Shown one piece after another: positions 1 through 14,787 of a stretch of 64,000 nucleotides of DNA. A program made the position numbers and the translations under genes. Source of the stretch: Lingula anatina (lineage: Eukaryota > Animalia > Brachiopoda). Positions within the stretch are counted from its first letter, which is position 1. Every line of letters starts with the position of its first letter. Below the pieces are notes generated by a model that was given only the letters and a program-made list of their open reading frames with translations, was not told the DNA's origin and made no database searches. Where the stretch lies: contig CM120641.1 in assembly GCA_051362555.1 (NCBI GenBank), forward strand, positions 20,894,001 through 20,958,000. The letters run 5' to 3'.

Positions 1-5
1 TTGTT

Positions 6-1016
6 ATGGCATTTTCGGAAGAACAGCGGCAGCGAATAGAGAAATATGGTGGATTTGCTAGAGTGAAGGATGAGGATATGAAAAAGGAGAAGTATGATGG
101 TCAGCGTTATCAGATATCTGCACCAGAAGAAGTAGACATAGAAACAGAACCTAGTCCCGTGACAAGTAAAGGAGGGCAAAGCAATTCAGCATTTTTGAAT
201 AGTGAAGATATTATGGAAGGGAGTGCAATAAATGGACACCACATTATGAATGGACACATAGGCCCTGATGTACAAGTAAAAGTGAAACACAAAGGAATGG
301 AAAATCCAGATATTGATATGATTGAGGGAAGAATGACCCCTACCAAAGTGGCTCGCCGTGATTCGCCACAGGATTATGCAAAATATGGACACCAGCAAAA
401 TGGCAGTGCAAACAATCTCCATCAAGAAAATGGAGAGGAGAATGGGATAGATGGTCCCCATCGGGAAATGGCCATTGACTGCCCACCTAGTTTTGTTGCT
501 GAGAGCAAAGAGCCCCCCAGGTACCCCCCAGTCAATGGAGGTACAAGGCAGCTGGGGTCAGGACGAGGGAGGAATGAACACAAACCAAAATCATGGATAC
601 CTATGCATCAACAGCAGCAATATCAAATGACTAAGGAAGAGGAGCTAGAAAGACTCCGTTATCATCAGGAAGAATTGAGGAAACGTCGCGAAGAAGAAAA
701 CAGAATTCAGAGAGAACAGGAATTTTTGCGTACTTCACTTCGAGGCTCTAAAAAACTCCAGGCATTGGAGGATAAAAGGCCTGCATCCCCTCCAACAGGG
801 TTTGTGAACACAGCCTTCGAGGAAGATGATGAGGAAGAAGCCACTGGAGCTGTGGCTGCTGGTGGAGAAGCAATACCTATGAAACCAGTCAAACCACCCA
901 GACATTTTGACCAAGTGGACCAGAAGCCTCCACCAGCAGCAAAACCACTTGGTAAGTTTTAATTAAATTATTAAGTTTTAAAGAAATATATTTATTTATT
1001 TATTTTATTTATTTAT

Positions 1017-1051
<35 letters not shown>

Positions 1052-4000
1052 TCGATGTACAGTATTGTGAGACATGTATCTTCAATATTGTTTTATTACA
1101 TAAAATGTGTATTATTTGAGACAATGTAAAAGATACAGAAAAAAAGATTGCCTTTTTTTCTGACGATGAAAGGTCATTAGAATTGTTGATACCGTTCAGT
1201 CCCAATCACTGAGAGATATTTCTGCTTGGGCTTCTCTATGTGGATTCTGAACAAAACTCTTTCTGACTAAAAGAAGTCTGCAATATATTGACTTTGAATG
1301 TACACCCAGTTCCAAGGGTCATAAGATAAAAAAAAAAGAATTCAGCTTTGAAACAAAACAGTTCAGTGTGCTGCTCTTAGAAAACATTACAAAGAGCAGG
1401 GGGTTGTGATTGGATGTTTGATGCCTGACAAATGGCTCCATCTGGACCAGATTGTGTTCCCCCATGTGGGTGTGTAAGGTGATCTTCTTGCCCTCTTCCA
1501 ATATTTGCCAATCTAGAGCTTGGGAAGAATCATGGCCGCCAGCTGCCCAACTTGTTCTTGCTGAATTCACAGTAGGTTTTTACTTGGTTTTTCTTAAGAT
1601 TAATCAACTAAAAGAGGGTGATTTGTTGGAACCAAAATGTTGATATTAGTCACCATGTTTTACTTATCAGGGTGCATTGCTTTAAAATGGCTATTCTTTA
1701 CCTCATGCAATTTCATGCCATTGGTATTCCTGTGGATAGTAGCAATTGGATAGTAAAAACTGGAATAGTTTTCTGCATGAGAAAGATATGAAAATCAAAC
1801 CCATTGGTTGAGATAACTTGTTAGTCTACTTCCCATATGTACCCTGGTTTGCCCTTAGACAGAGATTTAAGAGATGTTTTGAGAAGCGGATATATTTCAT
1901 AAATCTTGGGCTCTCATCAGGATGTCTCCTGCCAGGTTCAAAGAACACCATGCTATGTATAGAGCTCACCCAGTGATGTATGTTAGTTGGATAACAACAT
2001 TTGTACAGGGACATGGTACTTGAGAAATTGGCCATAGGAAGGAAATTGTGGCACTTATTTCACTGTTAAAATCTTTGTCCCTGTGAGGACTGGTGTTCTC
2101 TCCGAAAAACAAATGCTTGTTATTCAAGTGTTATTCAGAGATGGTCGTCATACAACTCGAGCAAAATTTGGTCCATACAGGGTATTTAGATTCTAAACCT
2201 TAGATTTCTGTCTACAAGTAGCTGATGTCATCTCTCCCCCCCCCCCCCCCACAACCACCACTACACACAGCATATGTGTTTATTTAGCAATCAAAATGAA
2301 TCGATATCAGCTACAATTAGAACAATGTTTACAGGCATTGTACTTTTGTATATTATTTCTACAGATGTTCTTTATGTTTCAGCTTTTCTTAGCAGTTACC
2401 CAATATTAAATTTGCATTAAACTGATATATATTACCAAAAATACCACTTGTTTACATATCTTGAAAGAAAAACTCCCTTAGTAACAGTGGTTCATAAAAC
2501 CATTAAAAGCCATGACTCTTTGGGTCTAATATGAAAACCAGATGTTATATTTTACCTCTTGAGACATTTGTTAGTTTCAAGGGCTGGAGGTTTTAGATTA
2601 CAAGTAAGTTCAGTATGAGTGATCCCTTGGTTATCACTCATTCTCTCAATTAAAGAAAACTAAACACAGCCATGGTTTACCTTTCACCTTGACTTATTTC
2701 AGGTGTAGAGGAACTTTTCCAGTCCTTGAACCACATACAGAGTAAGCTACAGGCGGCAGAGAACCAGACCGACATCACATTTTTGCGCAGTCTTTTTCTC
2801 AACAGCCAGTTTCAAGAGGCCGTCAGAGTGCATCAGAAAGTTGTCGAGGTGGCGTCCTCTCCACGCGCCCCCCTCACCCCTGCCTGTAAAAATGCTCACG
2901 AAATATCGCACGACGTGGCGGATTCACTACAAGGTGTGCAGCACCCAGAGGCCTTAGAATTGCTACAAATTCTGAGCAGATATGAAGTTCAGGTAAGCAG
3001 AATGTGGTGGGATTCTCACTGAGTATTTTACTTGGAATTACTTTTCTGCCACAGAGATCCTTCTTGTCTATATTTTATATCAGATTAGCAGGTGCCCTGT
3101 ACTATTGCAGTTTTGATGGCCCAAGGGGTAAAAAGGAGCAGGGATCTTACAAAAGTCCATTAAAGTGTTCTCATAATTTTTGGAGTTTGCACCATGCCTA
3201 AAATGTTTTAAGTATCGGGTACCTACTCAGGGAGGGAATTATTACAGGTCACCGATATAACTGACTCAACCCATGCAGACAGATGAGTTTCAGCTGCTTT
3301 ATGACTGTAGGGCACTGTGAAGGCCTGCTCACATCAGGTTCAGCTTGGGCACAAAAATATTTCAAGTTCAATGGTTTTCAAATCAAAGTTACACCTGATG
3401 TTAACAGGCCCTTGTATTTAGCCCTTGTTTCTTTTAGACCTGTTCTGTACAATACAGTACTTAATATTTCAAGCTACTTGTGTTCAAATTCATTTTACAT
3501 GTAAGTAGTCTAAAGGAAATCTTTGGAAGGTTTAATGAATTATTTCAAATATGAAGAGGGAGTGTGCACTTGGGCCTGCTGCTAGGCTGATTACTGCAGT
3601 GATAAGAAGAGAATATTTCAGAGTTACAGTATAGTCTATATCAGCCTATGTATATTCAACTTAATGTAAAGTAATGGAATTAACAGAAATATGCACCAAT
3701 CTGTCAGGATTTCATTGAAGGAAATTGTAGATTTGTGGGATTAGTTTGCTGCAATGTGTATTAGGCTGGATTCTGGCTCCTGAATAATGGGCAATTTAGC
3801 ACTTACATTGAAGCAAGAGGGTGGTTTTTCATAATTTGATAAGTACTTCATCATATATCAAATATCACATATCAAAATCTTAGAAACAATTTTTTTTTTC
3901 AATACGATGTTATCTGAGATTCACTTGGAAGCACTAGGCAACAGAATTGACATGTATTGTACAAAATTTGGGTCAAATTTCAGTATAATTTAATCAACAG

Positions 4001-5133
4001 AATAAAAGGAAAATGTTCCCATCACTTTCTTTCCAGGGTCTTCTGACAGCCCATGACGGAATTGCTCAAAGTGAGGTGTCCCCAGCAGAGCCTGTGCCAG
4101 AAGAAGAGATGTCCTACTGGGACCAGATATCCCCCCAGCCTGAGGAAGGCGAAGAAACATTAAGGGTTGTCAGACTCATTAAAAATGCAGATCCTATTGT
4201 AAGTACATAAAATGAAAGTACAGTCTTTCAGTAGTACGATCTGACAGCACACCACAAATGGCACTGTTAATTTATTTTTTATGATGTCAAGAATCTATAA
4301 GTATGCGATGAATCCTTGTTCAAATGAATTTCAGGGCTTTTGACAGAATTTTAGATTCCTTGATGCTTTGTTTATTTTAAGACAATTAGCAGTGGGAAAA
4401 ACTTAACAAAGAAGGAGAGTTGGAAGTCATAACCAATTAAGTTAATTTACACAAACTATCTATTGGTTGGTTAGTAGCAGGAAAATTTTTTACCCTACAA
4501 GCACTTCAGTGTTGGATTCCTAGAAGAATACCAGTCATACTTCTTAGTATAGATTGTTGCCCTACTGTAATATAAAGCAGGAGATCTGATGCAAACTAAA
4601 CACAGATGCTGCAGCTGCCATATGTTAAAAATGTTAAAAGATTGATGTGTCTTACTATGACGTCACTGCTTTTGTTCCTTGTGATAATAATGAGTTCAAA
4701 TTTGAACTCTTTATTTATTTTTATACAGGGAAGTCGGGTCTACTTTAGTTTATACTGTTTATCTGCTCTCCTGCAGGGGCCTGCTCTTGTATTGGCTCTG
4801 AATGAAACCTGCCGAAGTACAATTCAGGACTCTGTAAATACCACATACAAATATGAGCATTACTGCACAAAATTTTTACAGATAACCCCCCCCCCCCCCT
4901 TTATCATTTCTTACCATTTGCCCTACAACACTACAGACATATTTTGTTTCCCTACATTTGTACAGTTTCACCCCATTTTACTTATAATCAACATTTATCT
5001 TTTATCGTTAGGTTGTGTGGAAAATAGACCAGGGGAAAGGGATGTAAATCTGTTCAAACCTCGAGGGAAAAGCAGTAATAATAGTTATTGTCACATGTTA
5101 GTTGAGAAGCCCTGCAGTACCCCCCCCCCCCCC

Positions 5134-5165
<32 letters not shown>

Positions 5166-8100
5166 GTGAGAGAAACTGGATAGCATAACAATACAGGCCA
5201 TTATTCTGTCCATGAGTGATGAGTTAAAAAAAAGATCTTAGTTGAATTCACACTAGGAAAAAAAAACAATGTTGACACTGTAATCTAGAGAAACAATTCA
5301 TCCAGGGGGAAAGGTCTGGAAGTCTCTTCTCACAGAAGGCTGGGTCAGTGAGCTGGATGCATTCATTCAAGTAGCAGCCTACATAAAGAGAGGTGTGTGT
5401 GTGTGTTTGTATGGAATCAGTATACATGGTACTGACAAGTGTGTGAAAGTGCCACATTGTACACACTACTCACGCTCTATGTGACTGCCTGTGCAGACCA
5501 ACAGTATGGGCCACTTAAAGTGGACTTCAGATTTCTTTTCTGCTTATTCAATGTGACAGTGATGTTTCCTGGGTTAGAAGTTATTCATTAAAAGAAACTG
5601 TATAGTTTGAACAGGTGCTTGACTCCTGGCAGCTTTGCCATTTTGAAGTAGAGGGTAAATGCTAAAAGTCTTGTAGAATTATGTCCCCTGTTACTTCCAC
5701 TTTTCAAACAACAACCAGAAGTATTAACTAAGCTCATCAAAGTAAAAAAAAAAAAATTAATATTGGAAAATAGTTCAGTTGCTAAATGTATTATTCAGCT
5801 CAAGTTGTGCCCTGAAGATGGGTATAATTTAATCATGCTTGCATTTTGACACACCTGAGGCAAGCTGCCAATGTAAACATGGTTCAAGTGCTTCTCTGCC
5901 AGTCCATCAGCAGATAAGTAGAATTCCTCAGAGGTTGCTCTGTAACATTATAGCCATCATAGATCACTGTAACAAATAGATCTTCTCAACCCCAGGGCCA
6001 CATACTTGTTCATGATAGAGTGAAAATGCCAAAGGAAGTGTTTTTTTAAGTAGATAACTCTGATATGTGTAATTTACTGAAGTAAGACATTTGGTATGAA
6101 TCCTGGGATTGGTGTAGAATTTTAGCAGGTTAAAAATTGATTGTAGAGGCAGGGTTGCACACTCCATTTGCTTAAATTGCAGCCTTGTAGTGAAACGAGT
6201 CAATTAACTTGGTAGTTTATAACAGGTAGCAAGAGATTAAGCTGTGCCAATCAAGAAGGAAAAGGCTATTTATCTTGTTAAAGAGATACCATTAATATTA
6301 ATTAAACCAGGCATTGGTTTTCTCTATATATTTACGTTTTTGTGTGCAGAACCTGTTACATCTTATTTCTTGTACTGAGTTCATTAAAGAGTTGTGGTAT
6401 GATATGTAGCAGTGAATGAGGAGTCTGAGCTGCTTGCTGATAGGCATGGATTGATGTGGGTGGGTGTGTGTGTGTGTTATGGTACAGCCTACAGCAGTTG
6501 GAAGGACCTCATTAGCGGGCTTCCTTGATAGGAGCAGAGGGAATAAGGCCGTGTTCACATTGTGACCAACTTAGATTTGAAGTCGACTAATTGAAATCAC
6601 CATAGCCCGCGTTTACACAAGGACTCTCATCACCCTTCAGATTTTGTATAAACTTCCTTGTTAATTCATGCACTTTTGATCCCTTTTTGTGATGTCAGTA
6701 AGTCTGATGTAGCTTAGTAGTCATTATATAAATGCAGCCTGGAGGCAGCAGAGATATGACACACAGCATTGCATGACTGACCAATGTTTATTGGTATGCA
6801 GCATGCTAAAGTTAATACAGTTGTATGAATGTGGATAGTGTGTTCCAGTTATATATACATGTCAGACTATACATCTTTTTAAGAGCCATAGACTTCTGTA
6901 TGGAGATGAATAATGTCTAAACCCCACCTGAAGATGTCATATGTTCAAGTTCTTGAGATTAGATTGTGGGAGAAAGTAAATGGGTTTTGGAGGTCTATCA
7001 GAAAAGACAGCAAGTCACTCTGAGTTTGTGTTTAATGGAATAAATTACCTTCATAGTCTGACACACATGCAGAGTGATGATGGTATTTTACTGAATGGAT
7101 TAGTTGCATTTAATCAGATATTAGCTTCAACAGGTGCAGCACATTTGTGCCTTGAAGAAGTATGAAATGTCAGTGTAAGTCGGTGTTAGAGATTTTCATA
7201 TTCGACCATAGCAGATAAGAAGAGCCTTCGTATTTTGTTCCTTTCCTGGTCAAATGGTGTTACCTTGAGTTAATAATTCATTAACTCTGGAACCATGGAG
7301 TTCATATTTTGATAGCCTTGTTTACAGTGCCATAGATACTGGTAAACCTGCCAGCATTAGGAGAGCTTATTGGGTAATTAGACCAGCTTATCATTCTATT
7401 TATTTGGCCTTTGTCCAGTACACATGAAGACAATGACAGAAATAAACATATCTAGTAAACATGAAGACAATGACAGAAACAAACACATCCAATAGACATG
7501 GAAGTGATAGCAGAAATAAACATGACCAATAGAGTCTGACATGAAAATACTAGTTGAAATATATTCATGTTGAAATTTTGCTCAGTGGTGCACATCACCA
7601 CACAGCTTAAAATTGACAAATGTTTTTTTAATTTGTGGGAGTCAACAGTATATCTTATCAAAAAGGTAATGTCTGTGAAAAATCTGTTAATGTCACTGTT
7701 GTGGTTGTTTTTTCTTTTTACAATGTGACTTAAATCTGTGTGAGTCAACAGTTCATCTTATCAAACAAGTAATGCTTGGGAAAATTTTTTACATGTTTTT
7801 AATTGCCTTTTTTAGGGTGCTACTATTCGCAATGAGGATGAGTCTATTGTCATTGGGCGGATTGTCAAAGGCGGTGCTGCTGAAAAGAGTGGTAAGCATT
7901 ATTATATGTACCCTCTAAGATTTTCAAGGGGTTAAAATTTGAAGTATTCAGACTGCTTGTTAAGTAAAGAACTTTAAAGTGGAAGACCATTACAATTATA
8001 TGAGTTATTAAATCTTGATGAAGATTGAATTTACGTGACTGAGGTATGCGATTAGCTTCAGGAGTGTTTCCTAATTGAGCAGTTAGCACACATTTTAATC

Positions 8101-11100
8101 CATTTAAGCAGTTGTGGTTGTTTTTAACACTTTTAAGTGGAATACTAGCCACACCAATTTGATTGATTGAAACACATAATTACTCCAATTGGTATTTTGT
8201 GGGCAACAAATCAGATGTGACTTAAATCTGTCCTGCAAAATACAAATTTCCCATTGTGGAAATGAGGTGACTGATAGTTGTTCATGATATCTTGAACTGT
8301 TCTGTGTGGTTTTCATTGCGTGATCCTTGTGTTCAGCTAATATTGCAATTCACATTAAGAGTCATGATGATCCTGTTCTTTGAAAGCACAGTCAGAATTA
8401 TACTTGGGTAGACCGGAAATTGTTGAACTGGGCCCAGTTTCACAAAAACATGAGACAAAAATTGTGCTCAGCTTCAGTTAAAAATAAATCTGCAATAGCC
8501 GATGGAATAGTTAAATAACTTTTGCTGTAAAAGAGAAGCAATTTATTTCTTATATATGTTCATATATGTGGACTATTGCTGCTTTTTCTTGGGTCAAATA
8601 GTCTGAAACTTAGCTCTAATAGTTTTAAACTAATTTTTGTGACACGGGCCTTAATTGTCTCTAGATAACCATCCAGGCCAGATCAGGCAGTGTTATAGTC
8701 ATGTTTCCAGTCAACTTGTGTCCTCCTAATCTAGTTTACCCCATCTCAACAGGTTATCTGATAATGATAAGCTCACCAGAAGAAATTTCCATCAAATGAA
8801 AAGTGAAATTACAACATTTACAATGACAGTGGGTGGGACACATTGGGGATGGGATCAGATCCTAATGGCGATCTCTTCATAAGCAAAGTGCTTTCAGAGA
8901 TGGGTCATGCCGAGTTAGGTCAAACCCAACTGGAAATGGGACTACAAACTTTTGCTCAATGCCATGTGAGGCAGTTAGGTTTTCTGGTAACCTCAGAATG
9001 TTGTCTGTATGAGTTATAACAGTTCTCACTGTGTCTTCACATGAGGAAACAACTGGAAGTGATGTTTTAATGAGGTTTATGGATAAGACTTTCTTTCCAT
9101 GGAGACTATTGAATTAAATGTGAAAAAGAAAGTGTTCCTTTGTTTACTGTGATTGTCTGAACTAAATGGATGATGTTATCATGCTTTTGCAGGCTGTTAC
9201 TGGAGAAAGAGATATATTTTGAGGAGATAACAGTCAGCATGCAATGTCATTTGATATTCACTTGAGTTTTTTTTTTTTTAGAATTGCAGACAAATATATG
9301 GTTTACTTAGGCAGTGGTATATACTTATAAAATAGAGGGTAATTTGTGCAAACAAATTAGCAGCTATGTTTTGATCCCTTATTTGTAGGATTACTCCACG
9401 AAGGAGATGAGATCTTGGAGGTGAACCATATAAACATGAGAGGGAAGAATGTCAATGATGTGAGTGACATGCTGGCTAATATGACAGGCACTCTCACTTT
9501 TCTCATCTACCCCAAACTGCAGTTCCAGTTACCTCCCAAGGAACATCACATGGTGAGACATGAGTATTGTTTACTGTTAGAAATTTTCAAATCTTCTCAG
9601 TTTAAGATAGGGGTACATATTTTTTGCTGTCAGCTGGAAGGGGTAATATATGAAATAAAGAATAAATTTAAAAAATGGAATGAAAATAAAGAATGTAGAA
9701 ATGAAGATTCAAGCATAAGATTAAGAATACAGAAATGAAAAAAAATAAATAAATAAAATACAGTAATTAAAGCAAGTACCCAGCTAATCAGAAGGTTAAA
9801 CCTTCTCTTTCCAGGTGCATGTCAAAGCCCACTTTGATTATGACCCTGAAGAGGACCTGTACATTCCATGTCGCGAGCTCGGGATTTCCTTCGTAAAGGG
9901 GGACATCTTGCATGTGATCAACCAAGAGGACCCCAACTGGTGGCAGGCATACCGAGATGAGGAAGAAGATCAAACACTGGCTGGGTTAATTCCCAGTAAA
10001 TCTTTCCAAGAACAGTAAGTGTTTGCATTCATATTTTTATTTTTTAATTTTATTTTTCAATTTAACTATAGTTCTGAAATGGTCTTGTTCTTACAGGATC
10101 GTGTTTGAACCCATACTGCTATGCTGAAATGCTCTTGAATAGATGTAATTGTGAACCTCATTTAAATTCTTAAATAAATTGGTTATGTTCTGATAAGATT
10201 TAAAAATGGTACAATATTGTTTCATCCCTGAATAGCTGTTTTCACTTCATAGCAGCAATAACAGATGTATTGTATTTATAGATATAATACAATTGCAGAC
10301 TGGCTGAGGACTGCAAAACAACATATTAATTGAAAACAAAAGTCTATAATCATTTAATTATATTACTTTTAAATACCTAAATGCCTTCCAAGATAAAGAA
10401 AGTTGCAGTCATCCAAAGCTCTCGTCTGAGATCAAATGTTTCTTTTTCTTTGTTTTTTAAGAAATCTTCAATGATGCCATTGATCAATATTATGTTTGGT
10501 TATGACATTATCTGTCAATATGTTTTAGCAGACCTCAGTTTTGGAGATGAGATCATGATAATCTATGCTTATTGTATAATGATAATAATAAACTGCACTC
10601 TTTATGTTCTTCTGTAGAAGAGAAGTATTAAAGCAAACAATAGTTGGAGACAAAAATGAAGACAAAAAGAAAAGCAGTAATTGTTCCTGTGTGAAAAAGA
10701 AGAAAAGCAAGAAAACACTATTTAACCCAAGCAATATAGGTGATTTTTAGTTGTTTTACTGATGCTATTTACATTAATTGAATGTCCTCAATTTACTTTG
10801 AATGGTATACATGTGTTACAAATTTGATATCTTGCATACATCATAACTTGCTTTATATATATATATCCTAAGGATCATTAAAAATCCACATGCTAGAAAA
10901 TGTTAATAAGCTTGAAGTGGTTTTCACATTTATATTAATTTCACGTTTGATTGATATACCTGAATTAGAATTAGAATTATTCACATTGATAATTCATAGA
11001 ACATTATGATTTGTACAGAAAAAATATAAGAAACATAATATTCAACAAAACAGATACAGGTGTATGCATATTTGATCAATCTTAACCGGAACCTGAAAAG

Positions 11101-14100
11101 TCATTTTCACTGTTAGAGGTGCAAGTCATCTGGAATTCAGATTGGTATCTGTGTTTTTTAATCCAGATTCTGAGGAAATTCCTACTTATGAAGAAGTGGC
11201 ATTGTACTACCCACAGCCTAACAGGAAGAGGCCAGTCGTGTTGATAGGACCACCCAACACAGGACGCCATGAACTCAGACGGAGACTTATGGAGAGTGAC
11301 GTAGATCGATTTGCTGCTGCAGTACCTCGTGAGTGCTACATTTCTCAACTTTTTGTGTGTAGATTTTATGACAGAATGACATTTTATTTATTTATTTATT
11401 TATTTATTTCACTTTAAAAAGTTTCTAGACATGCCAGTAGTTAAATGAGTCTGATGCACAGGGTTTTGGAATTAAAGTTGAAATAGACTTTTTACTTAAA
11501 TGTTTGAGTTAATGCTCAGAAATAGCTAATTCTATCAATTTCAATCAAGAAAATATATAAGAAAGCTATTGTAATATTGAGGATTGTTGAATGTGTAAAG
11601 CTGGTTTCTTGAAGTTAATTAGATGTGACTGTGCTTAGCAGGTGATCTGTGGTCTAAAAAACATTGTTCTCTTTATAATAGGGAGAGTTGTATTGCTTTA
11701 TGGTAGTGCCACTAACAATCAAGAATAACAAGAAATTGACTTGAAATATGGTTGTTTTTGTATTTAAGATTTGAGGCCATGGACTGAGTTGACTTAACTG
11801 TACATGCTGTAAATCTGATAGACTAGCAAATAAGAAATTGGTGTCAATTGATAATTTTAGCTTTGTGGTATAGAATTTCCAATTTTGTCCTGAAATTTAT
11901 ACAATTGAAATTTTTAAACATACAGAATTTTATTGGAATAAAAATATTGTTAAGACTAGTAAAATAAACTTTGCCTGAATGTTACAATTCTTTCTGGTCA
12001 GGGAACATTTCTGATTATAAGGCCACTGAACAATTAGACAGATAGTTTTAAAAATTACATTTTAGTTGTAATATAAGTTCTGCATTTTGTTCTCATGGTA
12101 AAAGTCACACATTTTGCTTGATCATGGAAGGTGCCTTTTTGCTGTTTAATAATAATAATAATAATAATTTGACTATTTCATTTAAACACATATAATTTTT
12201 ATGTACAGACACAGATGTGTCTGTACATATAGCCGTCATCTGCGTCTGTCGTCGCCGTCGTCGCCGTGCACTTTTACCGATAACACGATAAGTGAAAAAC
12301 TGTTTTTTCTTTTTGTTTGAAACTTACAGAACTGATGAATATTCATAATACGCAGGTCGAGTTCGAAAATCAGCATGATCGGGTCACTTATATGGAATTT
12401 ATGCTGTTTTTTCACTTTTTTCAGCATATATGCAGCACCGATAACACGATAAGTGGAAAACCATTTTACCTTTTGGCTTGAAACTTACAGAACTGATGAA
12501 TATACATAATACGGAGGTTAAGTTCGAAAATCAGCATGATTGGGTCATTTTTAGTGAATTTAGGCTATTTTTTCTCTTTTTTCAGCATATGTGCAGCACC
12601 GATAACACATAGGGGGAAAACCATTTTACCTTTTGGCTTGAAACTTACAGAACTGATAAATATTCATAAGAAGCCGGTCAAGTTTGAAAATCAGCACGAT
12701 CGGGTCACTTATAGGGAATTTATGCTGTTTTTTCACTTTTTTCAGTATATATGCAACACTGATAACACAATATAAGAAAAACAGATTGGCCAATTGTCAT
12801 TATACTCACAGGAGGGGCCAATCTTACTAAAACGCAGGTTGAGTTTGAAAATCAGCATAATCAGTCCATTATTTTAGAAGTTATGCTGTTTTTTCACATT
12901 TCCTCACATTCAATTCTTAGGCATGTTAACAGTCTCATTATTGAACTAATAAGATACGTAAAAGTGTTTGTTTGACATTTCCTGCATCTTAAAAACATTG
13001 TTAGTTGATTTTTTAAAAATGGTGGTAAACTTGTTATCATGTATTGTGTAATAAAGTGTCAAAAATGGAAATAAACTCATATCATTGCAGTTTGTCAGAT
13101 GCATTCATCCACTATGTTCAGAATCTCAGAATGGAGGAAGTTGGACATTTAACACTGTTCTATTGATACTTTTCCCATCTCATCAATTTTCTTCATTGGT
13201 CATATAAAAAGGGAAGTAAACTGTTTATTTTGTTTTATGTTAAAAAAGTGTTAAAAATGGAAATAAACCCATTTCAGAACAGTGCTGTCTTGTTTACATC
13301 TTGGCATTTTCAGTATGTGACTTTGAAGTTCCATGGGCCTGAAGACTTTTGCTTGTCACATTTTCTGAATAACCATGATACTAATATTTTATAATTAAAA
13401 ATTGATGGTCATTATGCTGTAAAACATTATGTAATATTGCATCAAAATGTGAAGAAACCCCTATTTTGGTCACTGCTCCCATGATGACCATTTAAGGAAA
13501 ATCATGTCACTTACTGTTCTCAAACTTACAGGAAAGAGACATGGGACTAAAATACAGCTTCAGTAGGCAATGCAGTCTGTTTGGTAAATTTTTCTGGCAA
13601 TTAAACAGTTTTTTGTGAAAATTTAATTTTTCACATATTGGCATTTCCAAGGTGTGACTTAGAACCTCCACGGGCTTGAAGACCCATGCTAGTCACATTT
13701 TGTGAAAATCCATGACACTTATATTTTATTATTAATAATCGATGGTCATTATGCTGTTAAGCATTATGTAATGTTGCATCAAAATAGAAGAAAACACAAT
13801 TTTTGGTGCTGCTGCCTTGATGACCATTATGGGGAAACCGTGTTACTTATGACTGTCAAACTTTCAAAAAAGAAACACAGGACTAAAATGCAGCCTGAGT
13901 TAGAAAAGCAGTCTAATTGGCTTCTTTTTCTGGAAGTTATACATTTTAGTGTAATATTCATTACCTTTTTGGCATATTCATTGTGGGACTCGGAGCTCCC
14001 ATGGACATGAAGCCAAATGGTCATCATATTTTCTACATGTCCATCCTATTTATAGTCAATAAACAAAAATTGGTGATAATCATTCTCTAATTTATTATGT

Positions 14101-14728
14101 AATGTTACATCAAAATTGACAACAATCTTTTTGCACTGCTACTGCAAACATTATGAAAAGAAAACTGTGCCACTTATTATAATTTTAAACTTACAAGTAC
14201 GATTTTTAGGATTGGCCTTCAGCTCATGAGAAAATCAGCTCTATAGTTGGATTATCATGTTTATTGTATTTATGCATTTTTTGTGAAATTTTCATTTTTC
14301 TCATTCTGGCACTTTCTAAGTATAAACTTGAACTCTGATGGGCCTGGAGCCTTATGCTTTTACTTTCGTCTGTGTTACCTGTTGTGCATAAGTTGATGTT
14401 GACTGTGCAGTTAAACATAATGTATTATTGCATCAGGATTGGTAGTCTCCTATTTTGGGCATTATGGTTTTGTGCTTTTCTTAAGGTGTGACTTATGGGC
14501 CTGAAGACCTTTGAGTGGGTCAGGCTGTAAATTACCCTTGGGTATCAGTAGATTAATTTCAGAGTTATAAAGTCATTTGCTTTAATAGGCCATTAAATGA
14601 GATTACGTAAAGCACACTTGTTGATATTTCCCTGTAAACTCCCAAAGGTAAAGCTCTCTGCTAGATTAATAATAAGGAAGCAGTGATAATTATGCAGGTA
14701 AATTTTGTTTAATATTGCAAATAAGTTT

Positions 14729-14787
<59 letters not shown>

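Noticed and set aside
5120-5162. C-run followed by A-run as a possible retro-element tail
   Set aside because: No TSD or element body was recognisable, and similar homopolymers occur throughout the window.
4606-5166. 186-aa ORF in an MPP5 intron ending in poly-Pro/poly-Lys
   Set aside because: The composition comes from AT-rich intron sequence and C/A homopolymers, with no domain features.
6980-7180. Possible alternative first exon of MPP5 (short ORF followed by gtaagt)
   Set aside because: The ORF stops before the donor and nothing resembles known PALS1 isoforms. It cannot be supported without transcript data.
12279-12920. Regularly spaced repeats that might suggest a CRISPR-like array
   Set aside because: Whole units are similar along their length with no unique spacers, there are no cas genes, and the context is a eukaryotic intron.
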